A stretch of 64,000 nucleotides of DNA from Moniliella sp. 'wahieum' (GCA_003971905.1 RSEE01000061.1:310001-374000), one strand, 5' to 3'. Numbered from the stretch's first letter, positions 1-12,439 are shown. Notes: a model not told the origin generated them from the sequence alone. Numbers and translations: made by a program.

Positions 1-889
1 TACAACACCGCCGAAAACTCTTTTATCGCAGAGAAGGACCATTGAGCCTTCGCGTGCCCAACGGTTTTAGTTATGAAAGGAGGCCTGGCAGGCATTTTCT
101 CCAAACCCACACTTCTGTGCAACGTCAATGAAGGATGAGAACGAAGGCAGAGTGCAACGTCGCAATATTCCCCCGAGAGCCAGTACTTGTCCCTGCTCTT
201 CTCAGCAGGTACAGATGGGGAAACCGCCTCCGTCAGTGCGTTGCCTCGAGCTTCCTTGCCGTCAAGCCACCCAGACAACCCCTGTCAAATGAATTGGTCG
301 GAGAATAGACCAGTGTGGGTATAGGCATCCTTCTCGACTTCTTGATATGTATTGAAAAGTTGGACAAAGATGCTGGCGGCAGTTACATCCGTCGAGAGCA
401 GGTCGATTGAGGTGATCGAGCCTGTGTTCATGTTCTGTAACCCGTAGAGGGATACGAATGCTAAGGGAACCGATTATGTGAAGGAGGAACATCTCAATCC
501 ATCGGCCAGCACGGCTCTCTACAACGCTATCAAGAACGTACGCAAGGCGGTCCGTGTCTATTTCTCCGTACCTCCCGATGCAGATTCCAGGAACAGGCTG
601 CCAACTCGACTTTGTTCAACCACCCCCCGACAGAGACGTCGTCAAGTGGTCGCAATTTGGGACGCTGCCGAGACACGAGAGATTGTGCTCAAAGGTGTCA
701 AGCAGTGGAGGGCCGCAAGTTGTTGCCCCTGGGTAAGGCCGACGTAGAAGAAGCGCTCATAGTGCAAAATGGGAGGAACGTTTCCTGGCTCGACACCCCC
801 CTCGACCACCTTGCCTTCAACGTAGGCCTTCGTTAAAAAGTACCGAGCAAAAAATGCATGCATGATGATTCAGAACTTCCTCCTCTTTC

Positions 890-1661
890 TTACTTGAATT
901 CAAGCGTCCATGCGCTCCGCGGTTCAATCCCTTCATGGTAGTAGAGCGGGTCCTCTTTGGTCATGGTGAAGCCATGGTGTTCGTAAAAGGCCCGCGCATC
1001 CTGGTTGTTGGTTTGCATGTTGAGGTACACACACTCAATCGTGTATTCCTTTCCTTCCTTTCGCTTCCTTGCTCTCTTTGGTGCCCTTGGTGTCCTTGGC
1101 ATCCTTGCTCTCCTTCCCCCCTTGGCCTCCTTGGCCACGGGTGCTCCGGGCTCAGGGAGGGTGATAGTTGTGCCGGGCTTAGCAACCTCAAGCACGTTCT
1201 GGAGCATCTTAGTAGCTAGGTGAAGACGACGGTATGGCGCAAGCACACCCAAAGTCATGATGTATACCTTGAGTGTTGTCTCGGACGTAATCTCGTAGCG
1301 ACAGATAATATTCCCACCGGCAGGTCGTTGAAGTAGGCTGTACGCACGACAGGCCAGGCCAGGTCAGAACAGGACAGGGCAGGACGCGAACATGCCCAAC
1401 CCAAAGAAATGGAAACATACCAATTTTGTTGAGGGAGCGCACTTGAGGCCAGAGCGCTTCTTGGTAGAAGCGGTCTGAATAGACGACCGGGAAGAGGGCG
1501 GCGTGGAGCATTTTGACCTGACCGAGGTTGTTGGGGGTCATTTGGTCCAGCACCGTTTTGCGTGCCGCGACCAGTTCGCGGCGGACGGGCGCAACGGATG
1601 GGGCCGCCTTTCTGCCGCGTGTAGGAAACGACAATGGTGGGAGGGGCGGAAGGTCGACCAT
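890..1661 (-). CDS. NAA50: N-terminal acetyltransferase, NAA50/Nat5-like (GNAT)
   Basis: Motifs TPNNLGQVKMLHAALFPVVYSDRFY, YIMTLGVLAPYRRLHLATKML and VYLNMQTNNQDARAFYEHHGF. Intron 1338-1420 (GTATG..CTGAC..CAG on the minus strand). 1-bp frameshifts present. Confidence 0.88.
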
Positions 1662-1900
1662 GGCTCGGGCAGTAGTGAGGATGGGCGTGGCTGCTCGTCT
1701 GCCTGGACTCGATTCGTAGCCAGTCGACGAGAGTGGTCCGCCCTATTCTCAGGTGGCACCGGTCTCAGCCATTAATCATTCCGCGCCGCCATTCCGCGCC
1801 TGCCCCCCCAATATGCCGCTTGCACGCGCTGATGGGCTGATGCACCGATGTTGGTTTGCTAGATGCCAGCTACTAGCGAGCCACCATCCCGCCTGCTGCC

Positions 1901-2391
1901 ATGAGTGGCGCCGACGTGTCTGCCGCCTCTTCTGCCTCTTCCGCGCCGGCCACTGCGCCCCGCCGGCTGGGGACACCACCACCACTAGCACACACGCCAG
2001 CACGAGACCGCGGAGCGCTCGACGCTGTCCGTGCCCGCCGCCACACCAGCCCCTGCCGCCCCCGCCGTCACGGCCGACACGGCCGCCGCACCCCTCTCGC
2101 CCTATCCGTCCGGCTCTCTTAGCGTTTCGGCGCTGCCGCAGGAGATCACCTCCCCCCACCAGCTCACCGACTGGGTCGACGCAGCGCTCAATCGCCTCGA
2201 GGCGCAATTTTCCACCCTCAACCGGCAATACGAGGCACGTTCGCAAGAAATGTCGGACCGGATCGATGACTTGGAGAAGTCCATCACAAGTACGTTGGCC
2301 GTCTGGCCTGCGACCCCCGCATGTGCTGACCCTATCGCCAGACTTGATCAACGGGGTTACCACGGCCAAGCTTGCGCAGACGTCTCCCTGA
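1901..2391 (+). CDS. HSBP1: Heat shock factor binding protein 1 (HSBP1) family
   Basis: EITSPHQLTDWVDAALNRLEAQFSTLNRQYEARSQEMSDRIDDLEKSI is the HSBP1 coiled-coil pattern. Intron 2290-2341 (GTACGT..CTGAC..CAG). Divergent from NAA50 across about 240 bp. Confidence 0.8.
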
Positions 2392-2598
2392 GCGCGCGCG
2401 GCACCCGGGGAGGCGGTGGCTTATCTCTTTCGTTGGCTATCTCGTTTGTCTTCCGTTTCGACGGGGCGTGTACTTCTATATTTGGTTTCAGAAAGCACAC
2501 AGGAAGGGGGGAAATAGATGGCATCTCAATTGGAAGAGATGGGAGCGAGGAGGGGGAAGTACGGGGGCACAAGGCTGGTGGCCATGGACCAGGAGCAT

Positions 2599-4082
2599 CT
2601 ACTTCTTGGCCGGCTTCTTGGCCGGTAGCTCGCGCGAGTAGGGGATGAAGGTCTGGCCCCCATGTAGGGCTGCAGCACCTTGGGCACGTTGAGTCCCTCG
2701 GGAGTCTGGTAGTTCTCCACGATGCAGCACAGCGCGCGCTCGGTCGCGCACAGCGTCCCGTTGAGCATATGGCAGTACACCTTCTTCCCATCGTTCTTCT
2801 TAATCCCGCACCTCACTTCGAGTTCGCGCGACTGGTAGTCCGTGCAGTTGGAGCACGAGACGAGCTCCTTGTACTCCCTCTGGAAGGGGAACCAGGCCTC
2901 GAGATCGAACTTGGTGGCCGCCGCATTGTTCAGTGCACCAGTCACGATGGCCACGACGCGGTAGGGAATGCCAAGGCTCTCGTAGAAGGCACGCGAGTTG
3001 CTCAACATGTGAGCCAGCATGGCCCGGGACTGGTCCGGCTCGGTGATGCAGAACTGCTCAATCTTCTCAAACTGGTGCACACGGAACAACCCCCACATGT
3101 CCTTGCCGTGCGAACCGGCCTCCTTACGGAAGCAGGTCGAGTAGCCCGCGTACATCTTGGGAAGCTGCTCAGCAGGCTTGTCGAACCATTCGCCGGCATG
3201 GAACGCCGAGATGGGCTGTTCCGAGGTAGCAATCAAGTACTTGTCCACCTCGTCTCCCTCGCGGATTCCATACAGCGCCTCGTCAAACTCCTCCAGTTGC
3301 GCGGTCTTGGCCATGAGCTCTTTCTTCATAAAGAAGGGGGTCTGCACCTTCTTAAACTTGGCCACTTGGGGCTCTGCTCCCTCCTTGACCGCCTTGGGGA
3401 ATTCACGCTTCTTGAGGAAATCAAGTGCATACGAAATCAGCGCTTGGTTCAAATCCACCCCGTCGCCAGTGAGGAAGTAGCCACGGTGGCCCACCACCTT
3501 GACGCCTCGTTCCGAGTCGAACATTTCCAGGCGGTACATGACCTCATCGTGAGAGAGAATGTCGCTATGGTATCGTTAGACCCAAGCGCGCGAAAAGGGA
3601 AGCAAGAAAAGGAACGAAAGAGGAGAAACGTACGTCTTCATTTCGGGGTTGCCATAGGTAGCAACGACGAGATTGTTGTCCTCATCGTTGGACGAAGGCA
3701 CCTTCTTCTCCTCAGGGTGGGCAGGGTCAACCAGTGTGCCAATCTCATCGTCGACCAAGTTGCCAATCTTGCGTGCTTCCTTGCGCACAGCCTCCTCCGC
3801 CTCAGCGACCTTGGGCTTGGCCGCAGCGACCTTGGCATCAAGTTCCTTCTTCTTGTTCATCTCATCATCGGCAGACTGCTTGGCCTTGCGCTTAGCGGTG
3901 ATCTCCTTCTGGGTAGCATTGACCTCCTTCTGCAGCGCATTGAGCTCAAACTGGGCCGCAGTCCACTCCTTGTACAGGGCCAGGGTGCGGTCCACCAGGG
4001 TGGGATCGGCGTAGCGCTTCGCCTGCGAGTCGCGCACAAGCTTGATGCCGTCCTCGTCTTTGAGCAGGTTGATGTCGATCAT
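2599..4082 (-). CDS. SES1: Cytosolic seryl-tRNA synthetase
   Basis: MIDINLL start and N-terminal coiled arm, then YLIATSEQPI, CFRKEAGSHG..GLFRVHQFEKIEQF, ELVSCSNCTDYQSR and HMLNGTLCATER. Intron 3565-3633. After a 1-bp frameshift it ends ..ELPAKKPAKK* at 2599. Confidence 0.97.
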
Positions 4083-4269
4083 GGTGATAGCGGCGGTGTT
4101 GGTAGTTGGTGGGGGGAAGAAACTCAAACCAGCGGGCGACCAAGCTCCTGGCGCTCGCGCCGAGCGCACCAGAGCCACCTGGTTGGTTTTTGTCAGGGCG
4201 GAATTTCCTTCGCCTTCTTCCCATCCCGCCCGCGGGCAGAGTCATATCACTGTCACAATTGATAAAACG

Positions 4270-4720
4270 ATGCAAGTGGTCTGCCGGCTGGAGGGGAATT
4301 CGATTTCGATTTTTATCGTTGTTTCGCCTATTATGCATGTGGGCCATCGACTCTCTCTCACAAGAGCACAAAGGATGTAGTGCTGTACGGGTAGACCACA
4401 CGCTGCGCGACACGGGATCGCTGGAGGCGCAGAGCGCGTACCGGAGGGGTGGTGCATGAGAGCACCGAAACTCCCTTGGAACGCCGGGAGAAGGAACTGC
4501 TTCGGCTGCTTGAACAAGCAGAATGCGGCAAGAACGCCAAGTACCAGGGACGCACTCAAGAACCGTTTTTCCCTCTGGTTTTGACGACGCGAGGATACTA
4601 CGGCACCAAGACAGCGGGCAAGTTGTTGCGCATTGGGAGGATTTGGCTACTAAGTCTCAGTGGAAATGGTTCCTCGCTCGGATGTCAACCACGTTCATCC
4701 GTGTCCACACGCTTCCTAGG
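4270..4720 (+). mobile_element. Degenerate 3' fragment of an RLE-endonuclease non-LTR retrotransposon (CRE/Cnl1/MoTeR-like)
   Basis: Reading across frameshifts gives G..AGGEFDFD..IVVS, then LEQAECGKNAKYQGRTQEPFFPLVLTTRG..GTKT..L.HW...KWFLARMSTTFIRV. This resembles the D..V / AE..K..KY / F.PLV.T.GG / LS..L.R pattern of restriction-like endonuclease domains. Stops and frameshifts present; no RT domain nearby. Confidence 0.55.
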
Positions 4721-7356
4721 GTCGGGACCGGATGGCGAGAGCCGGAGGGTCCTGATATCCTGGCGATCCCACTGGTTCCTTGACCTTAGTGGCGCTTCCA
4801 AGTAACCCCTGCAAGATGAACGGTTAGGTTTAGACGTAGCGTTCCCCCTATCCCAGCCTTAAGCTCTGTCGATGAAATGGACGCGATCTAAGAGCTGCAC
4901 GAGTGCTCAGGTTGAGTGGTCTACCACTTACCCCCAATCTTCTTGTTCGTTTATGAGCTAGTGTTGCTTTGGAAGCAAGACAAGCCAGCCACCCGTAGCG
5001 CAGCCAACCGCACATTTGGTGATGTGATTTCACCTCTCTCCAGCGTGGAACGGCGGACCGGTGGAACGGTGGCGGCGGTAACGAGACGGAGGCCCAACAG
5101 ACCAGGCTGGGGTGAAGCCCCAGCTGACAGCGCCCTAGGCCCGGTGGCCTCCTCATGCCGGTTATCCATTCCGTTGAGTTTTGTGACTCTCACCATCTTC
5201 CCTAATACGCACAGTCCGCGCCTTTTGCATATACGCCGAAGTGTCGGCTGGGAAACTCTGTCAGCTGCAGAGCTAGTAGGCTCGCCAAGGCCAAGCTTTT
5301 ATCTTGAAATGAGCAGACCAACGGACATGCAGAGTCGATACTCTTCTGTTAACATGTCGCAACCCGAGGGCGTAGCGTTGCTTCTCCTTTTCCTCTTTCA
5401 GGAGATGGAGAGGGGGAAAAGGGGTTGACGGAGAGGGAGATGTTTCTATCATGTCACCCTAGGACAGTTTCATTGAGATGAGTCATAGTGCATGGCTCAT
5501 CCTCTCTTATCAGCAGAGATACACTTGAGGATACGTCTCCTTATTGTTTGGCGGTATAACCTCAAAGGTGTCCATATCATATAGAACTCCTTTGCACACC
5601 TCAGAACAATATCTTTCATTATCCTCACCTCGTTCAGCTGCATCAGCATCAGGGATCAGGATAGTACATTCATCAAGGGAACAGAGGTATGGTATATATG
5701 CCCCACAGAAAGGGGACATTTACATTAGTGTCCGCGGGTCACACGAAGAAGGCAAGAGCATATAGACCAAAAGGGGGAAACAGAGGGTCCAACAGTGCAC
5801 GCGACGGCTATCGGCGTATAGCCCTGTACATTTCTACACAGGAATGTGCTCGTGACCAGGTGTGTGTGTCGCAAGCGTATGACTGTTGCTGTCGAATGAC
5901 AACAAGGCTTTATGATCTGGCTTAATAGGAAGTATCGTGCCCCATTGGCACTGAGCGGGAAAGAGGGAGACGGATACCCCCTGCAGTGCGAAGAGTCGGA
6001 TTTCCCCTGGGTATATGGTAAAAAGGCGAAAGGGGATGAGAGGAACGGGATGGTAGAAGCTTTACAATCTGAAAGAAGGAAAGCGATCGTGCAGCGACGT
6101 CCTGATCCACCCGGCTATAGAGACCGCGATGACACAGAACAGCGCAGACAATAGCGATCCCGGGCGAGAGATAGGCATTGGTGATAGGAGGCAGGATGAG
6201 CGTACCGAGGACAAGGTTATTACTAGTCGCTGGCTTAGGTGGATACGCGCGTGCCAGCAGTCTTCGGAACCCGCCGCGTCTGGGCTAGTGAGATCGGAAG
6301 TGCTCCACGACCGTTGAAGCTAGTCATCGCCGTGCAGCAATGGACGACGTTATACGTGCTTTCCTCTCTGCAGTCATATGTGCAGGCATATGCAATTGAC
6401 CAGAAACATATCATCTTCCGGAAGTTGAGGCCAACAGAAGAGGTACTATAGTGGTGGCAGCACTGTCATTATATTTGACTTGTTCTCGCAAATTTGACGG
6501 GCTGATGGTTGCATACACACAGCGGTGAAAGCTATAACGAGTCTCGTATTGAGAATGAGAAGGTGTTGGAGAGTCTCATCGTTGTCTTCATCCGTGTGGC
6601 TGACAGACACACGGATGGGGATAAAATGAAGGCAAGCGAGGGGTGCAATGGCTTCTCCCTCAGCTGTTGGAGGGATCTCATCCTGATGATGGCTGGCTAT
6701 AAAGTTTAGGGAGACAGACGGCTCTGCTGCGCCAGCCAAGGCGTATGTGGACTCGAAGACGGAAGAGCTGTCAGTGGGGGTGGGGAAAGCGTCAACGCGG
6801 TCAACTCCCCTCATTATGCATGAGGAGACTCGAACTCCCGTTGCTCTGCTGTGGGCTGCCTGGAACGAAGGGGAGGCAGCCAAATGGTATAAAGCAGGCA
6901 ACGTCCACAAGGAGGAGCTTTTCCATCATCGGTACCGCGGAGGCTGAGCGTGTGACAGGTGGCCATGGCGAGAGATTGGGGATCTGATGGTGCTGGACAC
7001 GTGGACGGGCGATGGATTTATACATCCACAGCAGATCCACAACCCACCAGTGCGTTTGGATCGGATCGACAGCGCGGTGCTTGTCCGCCCAGGGCCTGTG
7101 TCGGCGCGGATGGGTGGCACACTGCCCCCTTGCGCAGTCTCAGGTGTGCGCCAGCGAACCGTGCATCGCGCATAGCGTCTGTGCCTCCAAGCGCGATCGG
7201 CACAGGCGGGGCGGCAGTATGGGAATCCCACCTCCGATCGATGATCACCCATCCATCCTCAGCCAGCCATGCCGATCCTGCGGCGGGCATGCCCCCTGCA
7301 GTGAGCATTGCATGTGCATCGCATCCATGCAGCTGCTGAGAGCGAGAGCGAATGAC

Positions 7357-7377
7357 GGTGACCGGTGACCGGTGACA
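7357..7377. repeat. Period-7 array (GGTGACC)x~3, i.e. palindrome ACCGGT + G
   Basis: ggtgaccggtgaccggtgaca read directly; upstream of the RRM gene. Confidence 0.9.
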
Positions 7378-8046
7378 CGGTTACGAGCGTACTCGGTCCC
7401 ACGCGGTGCTCCTCTACCCTATGACTCGTCTGTCCTACTCTTTCCTATCCAAACTCAGCTTGTCGGTACTCGTTCTGAGGACCAGGCAGGTGGCTCACCA
7501 GCCCCCCTGAGTGACTAGTGGCTGTCACTATCCTAGTCACGAGTGAAGCTCACGTCACCAATAAGTCACGATAGTCGCTACACTCATACTCAGTCTATCT
7601 TAGATTCACTGTTTGCCAAGGCCAACGCATCCCAAGAAGATCAGCCAGCCCAGCCAATGTGGATCTGAAGCTGCAAGCGACATGTCTCCCATCCAACTCT
7701 TTTACTCATCTCTCTGCCTTCCTTCGGGTCGCCCACTGTGCTGCGTACCGAGTTCAACTGAACATTCAACGTTCAGTACGTTCAGTACTCAGTGCTGAGA
7801 GATCTGCCAGAGATCAGATTCTCATCTGAGAACCGACGCCGCATCACCAACACTCGTCCATCGGCATCACCTCTGGCCTCTGGCCTCAGCCTCCGGCCTC
7901 ATCGTCATCACCTCTGGCCTCACCCGTCATCCTCGGCCACCCGTCAGGATCAGCACATTCCACATCCATTCCTCGCTTCACGCATCGCCCTTCCTCTGCC
8001 CCCAGGCCCCCCTCTCTCTTGCCACACCCCCTCCATCGTCGTCGAC

Positions 8047-9704
8047 ATGGCCGCCGCTTCCCCACACGTCCCCGATTCCGATCTCGATCCTGCCCCCAAC
8101 CGCCACCCTACTTGCCTCGCCTCTCCCTCTTCCCCGCCCTCTACTTTAGCCCCCCTTCCACGCCCCTCCACGCTCCCCCCAGCCCCTACGGTCTATACTC
8201 CCCCGGCCTGGTTGTTCCTGCCCCAGTCCTCTACTCTGTCCCCGTTGCTGGCCTCTCCCTCTCCCGCCTGCCGTTCCTCCCGTTGCATCGCGCACCGTCT
8301 ATCTCGGCAACCTTCCCGCTGACGCCTCGGTCGACGAGCTTCTCGATCTCATGCCATGGCCCCATCGAGAATGTCGCGTGATCCCAGCAGCAAACTGTGC
8401 CTTTATCAGCTTCCTAAATCCACTCACCGCCGCCGCCTTTCATGCCGCCGCTAGCTGCGCCCGACCCTTTGCGCTCCATGGAAACCCGCTCCGCGTTGGC
8501 TGGGGCCGCCCCACCCCTCTCCCACCCGCCGTCGCCGCGGCGGTGGCCAATTGTGCCGCTACACCAACGTCTACATTGGCAACCTGGACCCAGACTTTGT
8601 TGCCGTCCCGCCGCCGAAGCCGAGTTGCGTGACCGTTTGACCAATTTGGGGCCAATTGACCAGGTCAAGCTATGCATGACCGTCGCATCGCCTTTGTCCC
8701 TTTCTTTCCATCTCCACCGCCATGACTGCCATTGCAACGTTGTCCTCCGACCCGGCCTGGAGCCACCAGCGAATCAATTTGGACGCGATCGGTGTGCTCA
8801 TGTACCCCGTGCACAGCAGGAAAACCAAGCGCACAATCACCGTTCCGCCATGGTCGCGGCTGCCCAAGTCGGTGCCGCCTTGACCCAACAGCACCAAGAA
8901 GATGGATCCAATTTACATCTCCATCTGCCCGAGCCGAGCCAACTCGGCAACCGCACCATTTACCTGGGTGACATCCACCCCGACACCTCAACCGAGGAGC
9001 TATGCAACCACATTCGCGGTGGCATTCTTCAGTCCATTCGCTACTTTGCCGACAAGCACATTGCCTTTGTCACCTTTATCGACCCCAATGCGGCTTATGC
9101 TTTTTTCTCCTCTGCGACCCAGGTCTCGGATGTGGACGGGCGCCCAGGATCCCTCACCATCCATTCGCGTCGTATCAAGGTCGGCTGGGGACGGCCATCG
9201 GGACCCTTAGCACCTGCTTTGGCCATGGCCGTGCAAGCTGGGGGGTCGCGCAACGTGTATGTTGGCAACCTGGACCACCCCGTTCACCCCATTACCGAAG
9301 AAAAGTTGCACACCGACTTTTCCGTCTTTGGCGAGATCGAGCAGGTGAACCGATTGCCCGAAAAAAATTGTGTACGTCGATCGCCTCTTGTGCGACTTCA
9401 AGCTTCAAGTTAAGCCCTAGTCGCTCACCTTTGATACTAATTTCCCCTTCTTGTTTCTCCAGGCGTTTGTCAACTTTTGCAGCCTCCACAACGCGATCCG
9501 TGCCAGTTCCGAGATGAAGCATCACCCCGATTACCAACACACCCGCATTGCCTATGGAAAGGATCGCTGTGGCAACCCCCCGCGCTACCCCCTCGCCACG
9601 CCCACTACGCCCCCTTTGAGCTCGGGGAACTGGAAACGAAGACCACAACTTTGCTTCCGCCTATGCGTATGGGAGAGTTAGGGCAAGACTTGCTTACACC
9701 ATAA
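8047..9704 (+). CDS. Four-RRM RNA-binding protein, S. pombe Nrd1/Msa2 and S. cerevisiae Mrn1-like
   Basis: RNP motifs RTVYLGNL / NCAFISF, NVYIGNL / [66 protein letters not shown] and [13 protein letters not shown]. Intron 9372-9462. Frameshifted; stop is either 9681 or 9704. Confidence 0.9.
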
Positions 9705-10066
9705 CATATTTGCATACACTGCACTCCGGTTGGACGTGCATTGCGCTTGCCTATCTGAATGTTGTCATTCACTACGCAGCTGTCTTCGTGCAGTTCCGTT
9801 CGTTGTGCGTGCAGTGGTTACCAATGGCCTCCCTACTGTGAGCTGCGTAGTAACAGTACTTAGGCCGTCGTTGGGCCAACCCCACATTCGTTTGCTCCCT
9901 CCACACTCCCCTTATTTCGTGTTTCTATCACCATGTGCATGGTTCCAGCCTTGGTGATTGGGTCAATAGCGTCCCACTGATAGCTAGCCAACAAAATGGA
10001 AGAAGAGCCCCTCCGCCGTCTTGGTAGATGGAACGGTATGCGTGGGTGGTCGAAATGCGCGAGCCT

Positions 10067-10073
10067 TATAAAA
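10067..10073 (+). promoter_or_regulatory. TATA box about 30 nt upstream of the tRNA gene
   Basis: TATAAAA at 10067-10073 in otherwise GC-rich DNA; the tRNA begins at 10103. Confidence 0.6.
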
Positions 10074-10102
10074 GTGGGAGGATAGGTGTGCGTTCAACCA
10101 AA

Positions 10103-10174
10103 GGGCGGATAGCTCAGGGGTAGAGCGCTTGCTTAGCATGCATGAGGTCCGGGGTTCAATTCCCTGTTCGTCCA
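10103..10174 (+). tRNA. tRNA-Ala (anticodon AGC), intronless
   Basis: Acceptor stem GGGCGGA/TTCGTCC with the G3:U70 Ala determinant and discriminator A. D-arm TAGCTCAG..GGTAGAGC, anticodon loop TTAGCAT, T-loop GGTTCAATTCC; 72 nt. Confidence 0.95.
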
Positions 10175-10176
10175 TA

Positions 10177-10183
10177 TTTTTTT
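10177..10183 (+). terminator. RNA polymerase III oligo-T terminator
   Basis: A run of 7 T starts three bases after the tRNA 3' end. Confidence 0.85.
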
Positions 10184-10611
10184 GAAAGTTGGGACCATTG
10201 TTGCCCTGAGAACATTGGCAGTACTCACCTCCATCCTGGGTCCATCTTCCGTTCCCAGATATAAAGATCCGCCTGCTGGCAGCAGAGAGACGGAAAGGAG
10301 GTGACGGTTGTGTGGCCCTACCCTAGGCTAACGGCACCGTTAGCCCAATCCCACTGGTGCGTTGCTTGCTGGAGGATCGGATTCAAATTCCTTCCTGAAG
10401 AGAACAACTGAATGGTCTTGAGCCTTTGTAGCTCATGAGGTACACAATCCAAATCACTACCAACTGCTTGCCCTCCGGTCTGGAAGCTGTCTTGGCTAGC
10501 ACGTCTTCACAAGGTTCTATGAGCACAAGCAAACTCGGGTGGAATGGCATGAGAGAACAATGCCATTTGGGGTTCGCAATCGCAGCCGAGAACTGCCGGC
10601 AAGGAAACCGT

Positions 10612-12156
10612 TTACAGACGCAGGTTGCGAAGCGAGTTCATGCGCTGCTGCCGGGGCGTGAACTTGGGGATGGGTTGTCCGTTGGGAAGACGTGGCACAT
10701 TGTCCTCCTCCTCGACCCAGTCGCCCTCGCCATTCTCCTCGTCGAATTCCTCCTCCTCCATACCAAACTCCTCCGCCTCTTCTTCCGCCTGCTCGGCCTG
10801 CTCTTGCCGGAAGAGCTTGAGACCGCGCCGGTCACGCTCGGCGGGGTGCATGATCTTGCGCCAAGTCAGCTCGCGGTGCATCAGCAGCTCAATGGGGAAC
10901 GCGTCAATCTGGGCCTTGTTGGGACGCTGGAGGAGCAGACCGGTGGGCAACTGCCGCACCTCGGACAGCGAACTCCATGCCTTCTGCTCGTCAAACCCAG
11001 CCCAATTCTTCTCCGAGTATAGGGCCCGTACACGGGGGCCAGCTTGAGGTAATCTTGTGCCGCAAACGCACGGCCTCCCTCGACTTCAATGTGATCCTTA
11101 CGTGCCGGGTCGGAGGCCCAGGCAGCAAGAAGTTTGTTGCGCAAGTTGACCTTCTCAGCCGGCAGAGGTTGCTGGGCGGAAGGGGCGGCGCAGCGGTCAC
11201 ACGACGAGCCCAGTCGGTATTCTTACCGTAACCAATGTACTTGTCGGCCAATCTCGGGTGGTTCGTCTGCACCTTGGCAGCGCGCTTGATGGCGTTCTTG
11301 TACGCTTCCCAGAAGATACGAGCGCGCGCCGCGCGCACCTCCGACTCGGGCGTGGACCAAACACGACCAGTGGCAGTCCGCATCTCGGGCAGAGTGAACA
11401 CCGGGTCACGCGGGTCCCACGGCACCCAACTCTCCTCCAGCACATCGTTGCGTCCAGTGGTGTACTTTTTGAAGTCACGCGCCTTGCGCTCCCGCTTCGG
11501 CCAAGGGAGCTTGACCTTGTGCTTTTCGCGGGTGACCGGGTGGCGATAGGTCGCAATCCGCTCCCAGGCAAAGTGGCCAGCACGACGATCGTAACCAACG
11601 TGGCGCTTGTGCATCTTTATAGCGTAAATGGGCTGGTCTTGAGCCGCCTTTACGACCTCCTCGGGGAGGACCTCGTTCGGGATGCGGACCTGCAAGTTGG
11701 AGTAATGAATGGCACGAGCGACTTTGGTGAAGTTGGGCGTGTAGTTGCGTTCGCCGTTGGTCACGACCGAGCGGGAGGTAAGCTGACGCTTCAGCGCAGG
11801 AGCCAGCATGTTCAACCGCGGGTTGTCGTCGTCCTCGTCAACGCGGAGAAAGACCTTGTTGTGGTGACGGTCCACCTGGTCCACGATGCCCTCGCCGCGG
11901 ACACGCAGCTGGGACCGAGACGGGTCCTCCACGCCGGGCAGGCTCAGACGGGAGAAGTACTTTCCCGTGCGCTGACGAACATAGTCGCCGGGCGCAATGT
12001 TCCAAAAGATGATACGGGTGCGGATGGGCGTCCAGCGGGCGTGGTTCTTAAAATGCGCGGCATGCGACTGGCAGCCTTGATGCCCATGCCTCGGGGCCAC
12101 TCAAGGTGGTTGAGCGTCCGGATGGTCGCAATCGAAGTCTTCCTGTGCACCGACAT
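10612..12156 (-). CDS. MRPL40: Mitochondrial large ribosomal subunit protein uL24m (YmL40-like, KOW)
   Basis: Basic presequence-like N-terminus, IFWNIAPGDYV, GIVDQVDRHHNKVFL, ARAIHYSNLQV, FAWERIA, LPWPK and FPIELLMHREL. Several frameshifts. Confidence 0.75.
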
Positions 12157-12439
12157 GATGAGCAACAGGCACGGGCCTCGTCACGACGGGGGGGGGGGGA
12201 AGGGGGCCGGACCGACGGCGGTGAAGGCGACAGAGACCGAGACGGCCAACGCGCGCTGGGCGGCGTAGGATTCTTGACCTGCGGATCTTGGGGCGGGGGA
12301 AGAAACACCGGCCCGCCCGATTCCGCCGTTGCTTGCACCGATCACAGCTGAGACGGCTGCGGAGGGGTGAAATGTTCAGTCGTCGGAGCCAGATTCATTT
12401 TGTTTTTTTTTTCTGGGCGTCGAACGTCGAACGCAACTC

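Noticed and set aside
2769..4262. 497-aa plus-strand ORF
   Set aside because: It is antisense to seryl-tRNA synthetase; this is a typical codon-bias shadow.
7012..7368. Cys/His-rich 118-aa ORF
   Set aside because: The composition is explained by TGCA/GCAT-rich intergenic sequence; no regular metal-binding spacing.
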